Of a stretch of DNA of 36,518 nucleotides, positions 17,006-24,849 are shown piece by piece. The stretch is from an uncultured Candidatus Peribacteria bacterium (GTDB lineage: Bacteria; Patescibacteriota; Gracilibacteria; Peribacterales; Peribacteraceae), in the NCBI GenBank assembly GCA_964388495.1, contig CAYMAT010000004.1:4364-40881 (forward strand). Reading direction: 5' to 3'. Each line of letters opens with the position of its first letter. Positions within the stretch are counted from its first letter, which is position 1. The notes beneath the pieces were generated by a model. That model saw nothing but the letters and a program-made list of their open reading frames with translations, ran no database searches and was not told where the DNA came from. The translations under genes were made by a program, and so were the position numbers.

Positions 17006-17036
17006 AAAAAACCCGCGTAGCGTGCGCTGCGCGGGC
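17006..17036 (-). terminator. Intrinsic terminator after the Cys-rich membrane protein gene
   Basis: The minus-strand sequence is GCCCGCG-CAGCGCACGCTA-CGCGGG-TTTTTT. The stem arms are at 17012-17017 and 17030-17035, and the U-tract is at 17006-17011. Confidence 0.65.
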
Positions 17037-17055
17037 TTTCCATTAGGCGAAGAGA

Positions 17056-17412
17056 TTATTTCTTGCCCATGCTGCACACCTCGCATTTGCCCATGCAGGA
17101 CTTGAGGTGCTTCATCCAGCACGTGATGCAGATCGCAAAGGCGATGAGCGAGAGGGATCCCGCCGGCGTGCCCAAGGCGATCACCTGACGTGCGAAGTCC
17201 AGGTGCGCGTACACCACGCCCGCGACTGCGGCGATGGCGGCGATGGAAAGAAGCGTCCCTACAATGAGGTGACAGGTGAAGCAGCCCATTTCGTGCTGCG
17301 ATTTCTTTTTCCCGAGGAACATAAATACAAGAGGGGAACGGATGGAGTAAAACGCTACCGCTCCCCCAATCCTTTTCACAAGGAAACGGAGTAGAGCCAA
17401 ACCGCAATTCAT
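17056..17412 (-). CDS. Hypothetical small membrane protein with three CxxC motifs
   Basis: It has 2-3 TM segments, a GCFTCH motif before one TM, and the C-terminal tail CITCWMKHLKSCMGKCEVCSMGKK. The start is uncertain (17442, 17412 or further downstream). Confidence 0.45.
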   Translation of the reverse strand: MNCGLALLRFLVKRIGGAVAFYSIRSPLVFMFLGKKKSQHEMGCFTCHLIVGTLLSIAAIAAVAGVVYAHLDFARQVIALGTPAGSLSLIAFAICITCWMKHLKSCMGKCEVCSMGKK

Positions 17413-17453
17413 GAGATGACAGCATTGTGGCAAATAGCGCATACTGACGTGGT

Positions 17454-19964
17454 ATGAAGCTCTCCCTCAACTGGCTCCAGGATTTCGTGGATCTCCGTGA
17501 GCAAAACCCGCATGAACTCTCGCGCCGCATCACCGCGAGCGTGGCAGAGGTGGAAGACGTGGAAATCCAGGGGGCACTCCTGGATAACTGCTGCGTGGGC
17601 AAAGTCCTGACGGTGGACAAGCACCCCGGCGCCGATCGCCTGAGCGTCTGTACGGTCCAGACCGACAAGGGCGTCAAAAATGTGGTGTGCGGCGGCAGCA
17701 ACCTGCGGGTGGGGATGCGCGTGGCCATGGCGCACGTGGGTGCGCGCGTGAAATGGCACGGCGGAGAGATGATGACGCTGGCCCCCACCAAGATCCGCGG
17801 GGTGGAAAGCCACGGCATGATCTGCGCGTCCGAGGAACTGGATCTCGCCTCGCGCTTCCCCGCAAAATCGGACAAGGAGATCATGGATCTGGGAGACGGT
17901 GACGATGGCGTTGGCCGTCCTCTGAAGGAGTATCTGGGCCTCAACGACGTGGTGTTCCATGTGAACAACCACGCCATCACCCACCGTGCGGACCTGTTCT
18001 CGCAAATCGGTTTTGCGCGCGAATTGGTGGCGCTGGGTCTTGCGGACTGGAAGAAAAAACCGCGCTCGCCGTCCGGGAAGGCTGTGCCCAAAATCACCTT
18101 TGCCAAGGCGCCGCTGCCGTTCAAATCCGTGGTGGACGACGCGTCGCTCTGCTCGCGCTACTGCAGCTGCGTCATCACCATCGATGCCCTGGGGGAGACG
18201 CCCCAATGGATGAAGGAGAGATTGGCGGCTGTGGGATGGAGAAGCGTCAGTCTCCCCGTGGATATCACCAACTATGTGGCGACGGAGACGGGCATGCCTC
18301 TGCACAGCTTTGATGCCGATGATATCGACGGCGATTTTCATCTTCGCGCCAGCAAGAAAGGGGACAAGATCACGACGCTGGACAGCATCGAGCGCGAGCT
18401 TCCCGACGGGGCCATCGTCCTGAGTGACAAGAAGGGCATCTTTGACCTGCTTGGCATCATGGGCGGGCTTCGCAGTTCTACCAAAGAGGGCACAAAGCGC
18501 ATATACCTGCATGCGGCGATCCTGGACCCCTCGCGCATCCGCAAAACCATCATCGCGACCGGTCACCGCACGGAGGCGTCTACCGTCTATGAAAAAGGCG
18601 TACCCAAGGAAGCGGCCATGCGCGGCCTTCTGCGCGCCATTGAGCTTTTCCTGGAGCTTGTTCCCGGCGCCAAAGTGGCCTCCAAGCTGGAAGAGTGGGG
18701 TGACGAGGGGAAGGCCAAGTCCATCACGTTCCCGCTGGCCAGTGCGGAACGGGTGCTGGGTATCGCTCTGTCAGAAAAGAAGGCTGTGGGGATTCTTCAG
18801 GATTTGGGATGCGTGGTAAAAAAGGGGAAAACGGGAAAAAAGGATGGCGTCATTCTTTCTGTCACCCCGCCCCTGCACCGCTTGGGGGACCTGCGGACAT
18901 CGCAGGAGCTCATTGAGGAGGTAGGGCGCATCGCCGGCTTTGATGACATCGTCCCCGCCATGCCGCGCGCAGGTACGGGTGTTCCGTACCGCGAGAAGCG
19001 CGTGGATGCCCTTCGCCGCAGTCTGGCGGCGGCGGGGTTCTTTGAGCTTCTCCCGCTCTCATTGGTGGGTCCGGCTCTCCTCAAGAAAGCCGGCATTGAT
19101 CCGGCATCCGCGCTGGCCATCCATAATCCCCTTGGGGAAGAACTCGGCTGTCTGCAGCCCGCCACGCTGCCCAACCTGCTGGACCACGCGGAGCGGATGC
19201 TGCCGCTCTTTACGCAGGAACTGAACCGCAACGTGTCCGGACGCTTGCTCAGCGTTCCGCAGCAGACCATGGCGCAGTTCTGCACGTTCACCCTCTCGCA
19301 CGTGTTCTCCAAGAAAGGGGACGAGCACACGGAGCTGGGGGTTTTTGCCGCTCAGGGCGCGCAGAGCCCTGCGGATTCCACACTTCTGAACGAGCCTTTC
19401 CTGCACCTCAAAGAGGCACTCAAGTCCGCATTCGCCTCCGTCGGTTATGCCGTGGATTACGCGGCCGCAACGCCCACCGCTGCGTACGCCCACCCGGGAC
19501 GTACCGCGGAGATCTTCATTCATCCGCTGCACGCGGAGAGCGCGTCACTGCCCCAGCAGAAGATCGGCATGATGTACGAGGTGCATCCCAGTGTCCGTGC
19601 CCGCTTTGGCATACCGCACCGCGCAGCCGCCGCTTCGCTCAACATTGCTGCACTCCTGGCGCTGCCTGTTCAGCCGCGCGTGATGGGCTCCGTGCCGCAG
19701 TTCCCCGCAGTGAGCTACGACGTCACGCTCCCCGTACGCCAGACGGAACAGGTGGGAGACCTGCTGCGCCGCCTGCGCGGCTCACACGAGAACCTGGAAG
19801 ACGTGGGCGTGAAAGACCTCTACACCGGTCCGTCCGTGGATCCCGAGCATTACGCGCTTACCCTCCGCTTCACGTACCGCGCCGCGGACAGAACGCTCAC
19901 GGAATCCGAGGCGCAGGGAATCCACGCAAAAGTGTTGCAGGCAGCCGGAGTGGATGCACAATAG
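17454..19964 (+). CDS. pheT: Phenylalanine--tRNA ligase beta subunit
   Basis: 836 aa. MKLSLNWLQDFVDL at the N-terminus, and a tRNA-binding OB domain (GKVLTVDKHPGADRLSVCTVQ). The B3/4, B5 and C-terminal FDX-ACB-like regions appear in the usual order. Confidence 0.92.
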   Translation: MKLSLNWLQDFVDLREQNPHELSRRITASVAEVEDVEIQGALLDNCCVGKVLTVDKHPGADRLSVCTVQTDKGVKNVVCGGSNLRVGMRVAMAHVGARVKWHGGEMMTLAPTKIRGVESHGMICASEELDLASRFPAKSDKEIMDLGDGDDGVGRPLKEYLGLNDVVFHVNNHAITHRADLFSQIGFARELVALGLADWKKKPRSPSGKAVPKITFAKAPLPFKSVVDDASLCSRYCSCVITIDALGETPQWMKERLAAVGWRSVSLPVDITNYVATETGMPLHSFDADDIDGDFHLRASKKGDKITTLDSIERELPDGAIVLSDKKGIFDLLGIMGGLRSSTKEGTKRIYLHAAILDPSRIRKTIIATGHRTEASTVYEKGVPKEAAMRGLLRAIELFLELVPGAKVASKLEEWGDEGKAKSITFPLASAERVLGIALSEKKAVGILQDLGCVVKKGKTGKKDGVILSVTPPLHRLGDLRTSQELIEEVGRIAGFDDIVPAMPRAGTGVPYREKRVDALRRSLAAAGFFELLPLSLVGPALLKKAGIDPASALAIHNPLGEELGCLQPATLPNLLDHAERMLPLFTQELNRNVSGRLLSVPQQTMAQFCTFTLSHVFSKKGDEHTELGVFAAQGAQSPADSTLLNEPFLHLKEALKSAFASVGYAVDYAAATPTAAYAHPGRTAEIFIHPLHAESASLPQQKIGMMYEVHPSVRARFGIPHRAAAASLNIAALLALPVQPRVMGSVPQFPAVSYDVTLPVRQTEQVGDLLRRLRGSHENLEDVGVKDLYTGPSVDPEHYALTLRFTYRAADRTLTESEAQGIHAKVLQAAGVDAQ

Positions 19965-19970
19965 GGGTTC

Positions 19971-20528
19971 ATGACCTCCGTGGTGACCCGCACAGGCGAT
20001 GACGGCAAAACCGGCCTCTACGGGGGCGAGCGCGTCAGTAAAAGCTCCGTGCGCGTCTCCGCGTACGGTACGGTGGACGAATTGAACGCAGCGATTGGCG
20101 TGGTGCTCTCATCCCACACGCTCCCGTCCGCCGCACGCACGCAGCTCTCGCGTCTGCAGCACCTGCTGTTCCACCTGGGGGCCGATCTGGCCACGCCGCT
20201 CCTCTCCAAGGCCAAGACGCACCGCGTAGCGGAGGCGCACGTGACGGAGCTGGAGGGGTGGATCACCGGAATCGAGAGTGCATTACCGCCGCAGACGTCA
20301 TTCATTCTCCCGGGGGGCAGCGCGGAATCGTCCCTCATTCACCTGGCCCGCACGGTCTGCCGCAGGGCGGAGCGGGATGTGGTGCACTTAAGCACGCTGG
20401 AGGACGTGAGCCGCCATGCCGTCATCTTCCTCAACCGTCTCAGCGACTATCTGTTTGTCTTGGCGCGGCACGTCAATATGACGCTCGGCATTCCCGATGC
20501 CGTTGTGCAGTACGATCCCGGTTCCTGA
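19971..20528 (+). CDS. PduO-type ATP:cob(I)alamin adenosyltransferase family protein
   Basis: TRTGDDGKTGLYGGERVSKSSVRVSAYGTVDELNAAIG, FILPGGS and FLNRLSDYLFVLAR. It starts 6 nt after pheT. Confidence 0.85.
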   Translation: MTSVVTRTGDDGKTGLYGGERVSKSSVRVSAYGTVDELNAAIGVVLSSHTLPSAARTQLSRLQHLLFHLGADLATPLLSKAKTHRVAEAHVTELEGWITGIESALPPQTSFILPGGSAESSLIHLARTVCRRAERDVVHLSTLEDVSRHAVIFLNRLSDYLFVLARHVNMTLGIPDAVVQYDPGS

Positions 20529-20825
20529 TCAGGCGCCAAAATTCAGTATCACGACCACCAAAAACGCCAGGCCCAATGGAATACCGATGAGCCAGGGGAG
20601 GGTTTTGGAAGGATTGATGTCGTCGCGCACGCTGCGATAGACGCTGGTTCCGCCGTACACGATGGCGGAGAGTGCAAAGGGGAGATCCAGGGACTGGAGA
20701 GCCTGGGCAGCCAGACGCGTTTCCATACCCCACGTCAGTAGACCCCATGCCGTAAAGAGCGCTGCTCCCAGAGCATAGAACGCAAAACCAGACACACGCT
20801 GAAGGGTCTCAGTCATGGGGATCAT
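20529..20825 (-). CDS. Hypothetical small membrane protein (98 aa, about 3 TM)
   Basis: An intact ORF immediately downstream of rpmH on the same strand, with hydrophobic segments. It is not RnpA-like or YidD-like. Confidence 0.45.
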   Translation of the reverse strand: MIPMTETLQRVSGFAFYALGAALFTAWGLLTWGMETRLAAQALQSLDLPFALSAIVYGGTSVYRSVRDDINPSKTLPWLIGIPLGLAFLVVVILNFGA

Positions 20826-20846
20826 GGTATCACACCGCCTTGCGGT

Positions 20847-21002
20847 TTAACGCAACTTTTTCTTCTGGCGGTGCTTCACCGTCAGGCGCTTGCGGCCCTG
20901 GCGACGGCGGCGGGCAAGTACTTTGCGACCATCGCGGGTTTTACTCCGCTTCAAGTAGCCGTGGCGACGCATGCGCCGCCTCCAACGATTCTTATTCAGC
21001 AT
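20847..21002 (-). CDS. rpmH: 50S ribosomal protein L34 (51 aa; below the ORF-track size cutoff)
   Basis: A hand translation of the minus strand gives MLNKNRWRRRMRRHGYLKRSKTRDGRKVLARRRRQGRKRLTVKHRQKKKLR. It contains the L34 core HG[FY]..R..T..GR.VL..RR..GR..LTV. Confidence 0.88.
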   Translation of the reverse strand: MLNKNRWRRRMRRHGYLKRSKTRDGRKVLARRRRQGRKRLTVKHRQKKKLR

Positions 21003-21011
21003 GACCGGGGC

Positions 21012-21040
21012 AGAGTACAGAGATTGATAAAAGTGGTCAA
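21012..21040 (-). promoter_or_regulatory. Promoter of rpmH: TTGACC-17 nt-TACTCT
   Basis: On the minus strand, TTGACC is at 21035-21040 and TACTCT at 21012-21017, 9 nt upstream of ATG 21002. Confidence 0.55.
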
Positions 21041-21139
21041 TGGATCATTTTCTGGTCCTTTCGTCCATTGAACGGCGCGTATTGCCCCTTATCCGTTATT
21101 CGTTTCCCAATTCACGTTGTTGTCCCTACACTCGCGTCC

Positions 21140-22399
21140 ATGTTCACCGTCAAAACACTCTCTTCCGGACTCCCGGTCCTGGTGGCTCCCAACCAGGGGA
21201 CCGCTTCCGTCACGGTCATGCTCTTTGCCGGCGCCGGCAGCAGGTATGAGCGGCAGAACGAGCGCGGTATCAGCCACTTTCTGGAACACATGTTCTTCAA
21301 GGGTGGCAACAAGTACCGCAACACCAAGGAGGTGAGTGCGGCGATTGACGGCATTGGCGGCGACTTCAACGCCTTCACGGGAAAGGAATACGCGGGGTAC
21401 TACGTGAAGTGCGCAAGCACGCATGCGGAACTGGCCTGCGACGTATTGAGCGACATGCTCCTGCATGCCACGTTCCCCGCGGAGGAGATCGACAAGGAGC
21501 GTGGGGTGATCATTGAGGAGGAAAGGATGTACCAGGACACGCCCATGTACCGCGCGGGGTGGGATTTTGAGGAACTCCTCTACGGCAACTGCCCTCTGGG
21601 CTGGGACACCATCGGTACGGAAGAGCTGATCAACTCCGTCACGCAGAAGGATTTTCAGCAGCATAAGGACGATCTCTACACCCCGGACAACCTGGTCCTC
21701 ACGTTTGCGGGAAACATCACGGAAAAGCGCGCCATGGAACTGGCAAACGAATTCTTCCTCCCCATCTCCGGCAAAAAAACGCGCTCGTTTGAGCCGCTCG
21801 GAGGTTACGGAGACAAGCGCGTGTTCCTCCGCACCAAGCAGACGGAGCAGGCTCATCTGGTTCTGGGAACGCCGGGCCTCTCCGCTGTCGACAAGGACCA
21901 CTACGCCATGAAAGTCCTCTCCGTGATTCTGGGCGGCAACATGAGCTCGCGCATGTTCCTCAATATCCGCGAGGCCAAGGGGCTCTGTTATTACATCGCA
22001 ACCGAACTGGATAACTATCTGGATGGCGGCTCCATCTCCACGCGTGCCGGCGTGGACCAGTCCCGCCTGCACGAGGCTATCACCAGCATCCGCAAGGAGT
22101 ACGAGATCTGCGCCAAAGACGGAGTGACGGAGGATGAGATCGTGCGTGCGAAGGATTACCTGAAGGGCAAGATCACCTTGTCGCTGGAAGACAGCGAGGA
22201 GCGCGCGCATTTCTACGGCAAGCAGCAGCTTCTGTACCCCAAAACCCGTTCGGTAGAGGAGTATTTTGCGGAGATCGACAAGGTCACCAAGAACCAGATC
22301 AACGATCTGGCCAAGCGCACGCTCCGCCAGGAGGAGCTGCGTTTGGTGGTCATTGGCAAAGAGCAGGATGGCGGGGCGCTAGAATCGTTGATTTGTTAA
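21140..22399 (+). CDS. M16 family (pitrilysin/insulinase-like) zinc peptidase
   Basis: GISHFLEHMFFKGG (inverted HxxEH zinc motif). The length from ATG 21140 is 419 aa. EERMYQDTP, and the typical two-lobe length. Confidence 0.88.
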   Translation: MFTVKTLSSGLPVLVAPNQGTASVTVMLFAGAGSRYERQNERGISHFLEHMFFKGGNKYRNTKEVSAAIDGIGGDFNAFTGKEYAGYYVKCASTHAELACDVLSDMLLHATFPAEEIDKERGVIIEEERMYQDTPMYRAGWDFEELLYGNCPLGWDTIGTEELINSVTQKDFQQHKDDLYTPDNLVLTFAGNITEKRAMELANEFFLPISGKKTRSFEPLGGYGDKRVFLRTKQTEQAHLVLGTPGLSAVDKDHYAMKVLSVILGGNMSSRMFLNIREAKGLCYYIATELDNYLDGGSISTRAGVDQSRLHEAITSIRKEYEICAKDGVTEDEIVRAKDYLKGKITLSLEDSEERAHFYGKQQLLYPKTRSVEEYFAEIDKVTKNQINDLAKRTLRQEELRLVVIGKEQDGGALESLIC

Positions 22400-22431
22400 T
22401 TGGGAATATGCTTGTTAATTTGAAAAACGAA

Positions 22432-22461
22432 TTAACGAATGAATGATTTTTTTCGTATACT
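22432..22461 (+). promoter_or_regulatory. Promoter of rfbB: TTAACG-18 nt-TATACT, with the -10 only 6 nt from the ATG
   Basis: TTAACG is at 22432-22437 and TATACT at 22456-22461. The ATG is at 22468. This is an AT-rich 68-bp intergenic region. Confidence 0.5.
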
Positions 22462-22467
22462 CATGCC

Positions 22468-23445
22468 ATGAATCTTCTCGTTACCGGTGCCGCAGGCTTC
22501 ATAGGTTCGCACTTCGTGCTGCGGCATAAGGAGCTGTATCCCGATGACACCATCGTGGTCTTGGACAGCCTTAACTACGCGGCGGACAAGAAGTTTTTGG
22601 ATCCCGTCATCAACCGCATCCGTTTTGTGCAGGGGGACATCGCGGACATCGAGCTCGTGTCACAGCTTGTGTTGCGTTACGAGATTGAGGCGATCGTGAA
22701 CTTTGCGGCCGAGACGCACGTGGACCGCAGCATCAAGAGCTCCGTCGCATTCATCCACAGCAATATCATCGGGGTGCAGAGTCTCATCGAGGTCTGCCGC
22801 GCCAGTCCCTCGCTCAAGCTGCTTCATATCTCCACGGACGAAGTTCATGGCGACGTGACGGACGACGAACCTGCCCGCACCGTCCGTGACCCCCTCCTCC
22901 CCAGCTCCCCGTACGCGGCGTCCAAGGGTGCGGGGGAGCTCCTAATCCTGGCCGCAATGCGCACGTACAAGATCCGCGCGGCCATCACGCGCTGTACCAA
23001 CAACTACGGTCCGCATCAGGACAGCGAAAAATTCATTCCCGTGGTCATCAGAAACGCGCTTTTGGGCAAGTCCATTCCCATCTACGGTACGGGCAAAAAC
23101 AAGCGCGACTGGCTGTACGTGACGGATCATACGGACGGTATAGAAGCCGTGCTGCACGCGGACTCCGCGTTTTCCGGAGCGGCGGACAAAGCCCGCAGTC
23201 ACGGGTTGGACCACATCTTCCAGATCTCCGCGGACCAGGAGCGCCAGAACATCGAGATCGTCAAAACCGTCCTCAAGATCCTGGGCAAACCGGAGTCCCT
23301 CATCACGTACGTGGAGGACCGCCCGGGTCATGACTGGCGCTATGCGCTCGATTCCAGCTCCACCAGGGCGCTGGGGTGGGCCCCCAAAGTCACCTTTGAA
23401 GAAGGGATCAGGAAAACGATCGAGTGGTACCGTAACCGACCGTAG
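22468..23445 (+). CDS. rfbB: dTDP-glucose 4,6-dehydratase
   Basis: MNLLVTGAAGFIGSHF (Rossmann fold), STDEVHGD, SPYAASKGAGE (YxxxK) and NNYGPHQDSEKFIPVVIRNALLGKSIPIYGTGKNKRDWLYVTDH. Confidence 0.92.
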   Translation: MNLLVTGAAGFIGSHFVLRHKELYPDDTIVVLDSLNYAADKKFLDPVINRIRFVQGDIADIELVSQLVLRYEIEAIVNFAAETHVDRSIKSSVAFIHSNIIGVQSLIEVCRASPSLKLLHISTDEVHGDVTDDEPARTVRDPLLPSSPYAASKGAGELLILAAMRTYKIRAAITRCTNNYGPHQDSEKFIPVVIRNALLGKSIPIYGTGKNKRDWLYVTDHTDGIEAVLHADSAFSGAADKARSHGLDHIFQISADQERQNIEIVKTVLKILGKPESLITYVEDRPGHDWRYALDSSSTRALGWAPKVTFEEGIRKTIEWYRNRP

Positions 23446-23446
23446 T

Positions 23447-23722
23447 ATGCTTTCAGAAAAAGTCAGTACGCCAGAACTCCGTGTAGGCAATCGTATCCAA
23501 CAACCACCTTCGGATGTTTATCCCGCGGGGGTGGTTTTCTTCATTGACCGAATCCTGGGGCCCAGCGTTTCACGCATGACACATCCTCTGACGGGGCTGA
23601 CCAGTGAGGTAGAGCTGCATAATGTGATGCTTACGGCCGAGAATGGCAAAACGGGTGCTATAGCTTCTATGTGTGATTTAGCGCGTAAAATCCGCGAGGG
23701 AACGTATAAGCTTCTCAGCTGA
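23447..23722 (+). CDS. Questionable ORF (91 codons) in an otherwise unassigned 300-bp gap
   Basis: The ATG lies 1 nt after the rfbB stop. No family is recognised. A terminator-like hairpin lies inside it, which argues against translation. A 49-codon in-frame sub-ORF (MTHPLTGL...) is an alternative. Confidence 0.2.
   Translation: MLSEKVSTPELRVGNRIQQPPSDVYPAGVVFFIDRILGPSVSRMTHPLTGLTSEVELHNVMLTAENGKTGAIASMCDLARKIREGTYKLLS
23502..23545 (+). terminator. Candidate intrinsic terminator downstream of rfbB
   Basis: AACCACC (23502-23508) pairs with GGTGGTT (23530-23536). About 4 extra inner pairs can form. A TTTTCTTCATT tract follows. Confidence 0.35.
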
Positions 23723-23745
23723 AAAACCGCGTACATAGCTGTAGA

Positions 23746-24849
23746 ATGCGGGATGTGAAGATTATCCTTGCCACCGGCATTTACCCTCCCGATATCGGCG
23801 GACCCGCCACCTACGTGAAGGCGCTGTCTGAGCGGTTGCGCGGTGCGGGTCATGATGTCTTTGTCATCACGTATGGCAATGCGGAACCCGGTGACGAGCA
23901 CGTGGCGCGCGTGTCGCGCACGGGATTCTTTTTTGTGCGCTGGATGCGCTATGCCAGGGCGCTCAAGGAGCAGGGGAAGAATGCCGATGTCGTGTACTGC
24001 TTCTCCTCTGTCAGCTGCGGGTTTCCGCTCATCCTTTCCGGTCTCCGCGGCCCCAAGCGCGTGCTGCGTTTGGGAGGGGATTTTGCCTGGGAGCGCTACA
24101 CGGACCGCGGAGGCCGCCGGACGCTGCGGCAGTTCTATTCCTCCCGCGCTCCTCTGGCGGTATTGGGGCGCATGGTGCTGCGCGCGGTTTTCCTGGCTTT
24201 TGATTACATCGTCTTTTCCACCGCTTTCCAGCGGGATTTGTACCGCAGGACCTACCGGCTGCCGCGTCACACGGTGATTGAGAACGCCCTTCCCGTTTCC
24301 GGGGCACCGGTTTTGCACGGTAAGCATGATCCCCTCAAGGTGCTCTTTGTGGGGCGCTTCGTCCGCTTCAAAAACCTGGAAAAACTGGTGCATGCCGTCT
24401 CCCGTATCCCCCTGGCCACACTCACGTTGGTGGGAAGCGGTCCCGTGCGTGAAGAGATCATCACTTTGGGGCGCACGCTGCAGCTCCAGGGGCGCATCAG
24501 CACGCTGCCCCCCATGGGCGGCGAAGAGCTGGCCCGCATGTTTCACGACCATGATGTGCTGATCCTGCCGTCGCTTACGGAAATCAGCCCCAATGTGGCA
24601 CTGGAGGGCAGGGCAAACGGTATTCCCGTCCTCCTGACAGAGGAACACGGTCTCAGCAGCCAGCTTTCCGCGGGCATGTGGGTGCGTTCCATGGCCAGTA
24701 TCACGGAGATTACCAAGGCCATCCTGGAGATCGATCATTGCTATGCAGCGGCGGCGGAGGCGGCGGCCAAGCCTGTGGCCATTACGCGCGGGTGGGAAGA
24801 GGTAACCGAGGATCATCTGGCTCTGTTCGGTAAAATGCTCGGAACATGA
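23746..24849 (+). CDS. Glycosyltransferase, GT-B fold (GT4-like)
   Basis: KIILATGIYPPDIGGPATYVKALSERLRGAGHDVFVIT and LTEISPNVALEGRANGIPVLLTEEHG. The true start may be the in-frame GTG 23755 (MKIILATG), which lies 7 nt after TAGAAT (23742-23747). Confidence 0.85.
   Translation: MRDVKIILATGIYPPDIGGPATYVKALSERLRGAGHDVFVITYGNAEPGDEHVARVSRTGFFFVRWMRYARALKEQGKNADVVYCFSSVSCGFPLILSGLRGPKRVLRLGGDFAWERYTDRGGRRTLRQFYSSRAPLAVLGRMVLRAVFLAFDYIVFSTAFQRDLYRRTYRLPRHTVIENALPVSGAPVLHGKHDPLKVLFVGRFVRFKNLEKLVHAVSRIPLATLTLVGSGPVREEIITLGRTLQLQGRISTLPPMGGEELARMFHDHDVLILPSLTEISPNVALEGRANGIPVLLTEEHGLSSQLSAGMWVRSMASITEITKAILEIDHCYAAAAEAAAKPVAITRGWEEVTEDHLALFGKMLGT

Noticed and set aside
16981-17043. The upstream ATG (17043) as the start of the GT-C-like gene 15436-17043.
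   Set aside because: That ATG and the following codons lie inside the intrinsic terminator hairpin and U-tract (17006-17036) of the preceding gene, and upstream of a TATACT -10 element. ATG 16980 is the first start downstream of these signals.
20871-21071. The tracked 66-codon plus-strand ORF.
   Set aside because: It is the mirror frame of rpmH. The minus strand encodes a convincing L34 with its own promoter.
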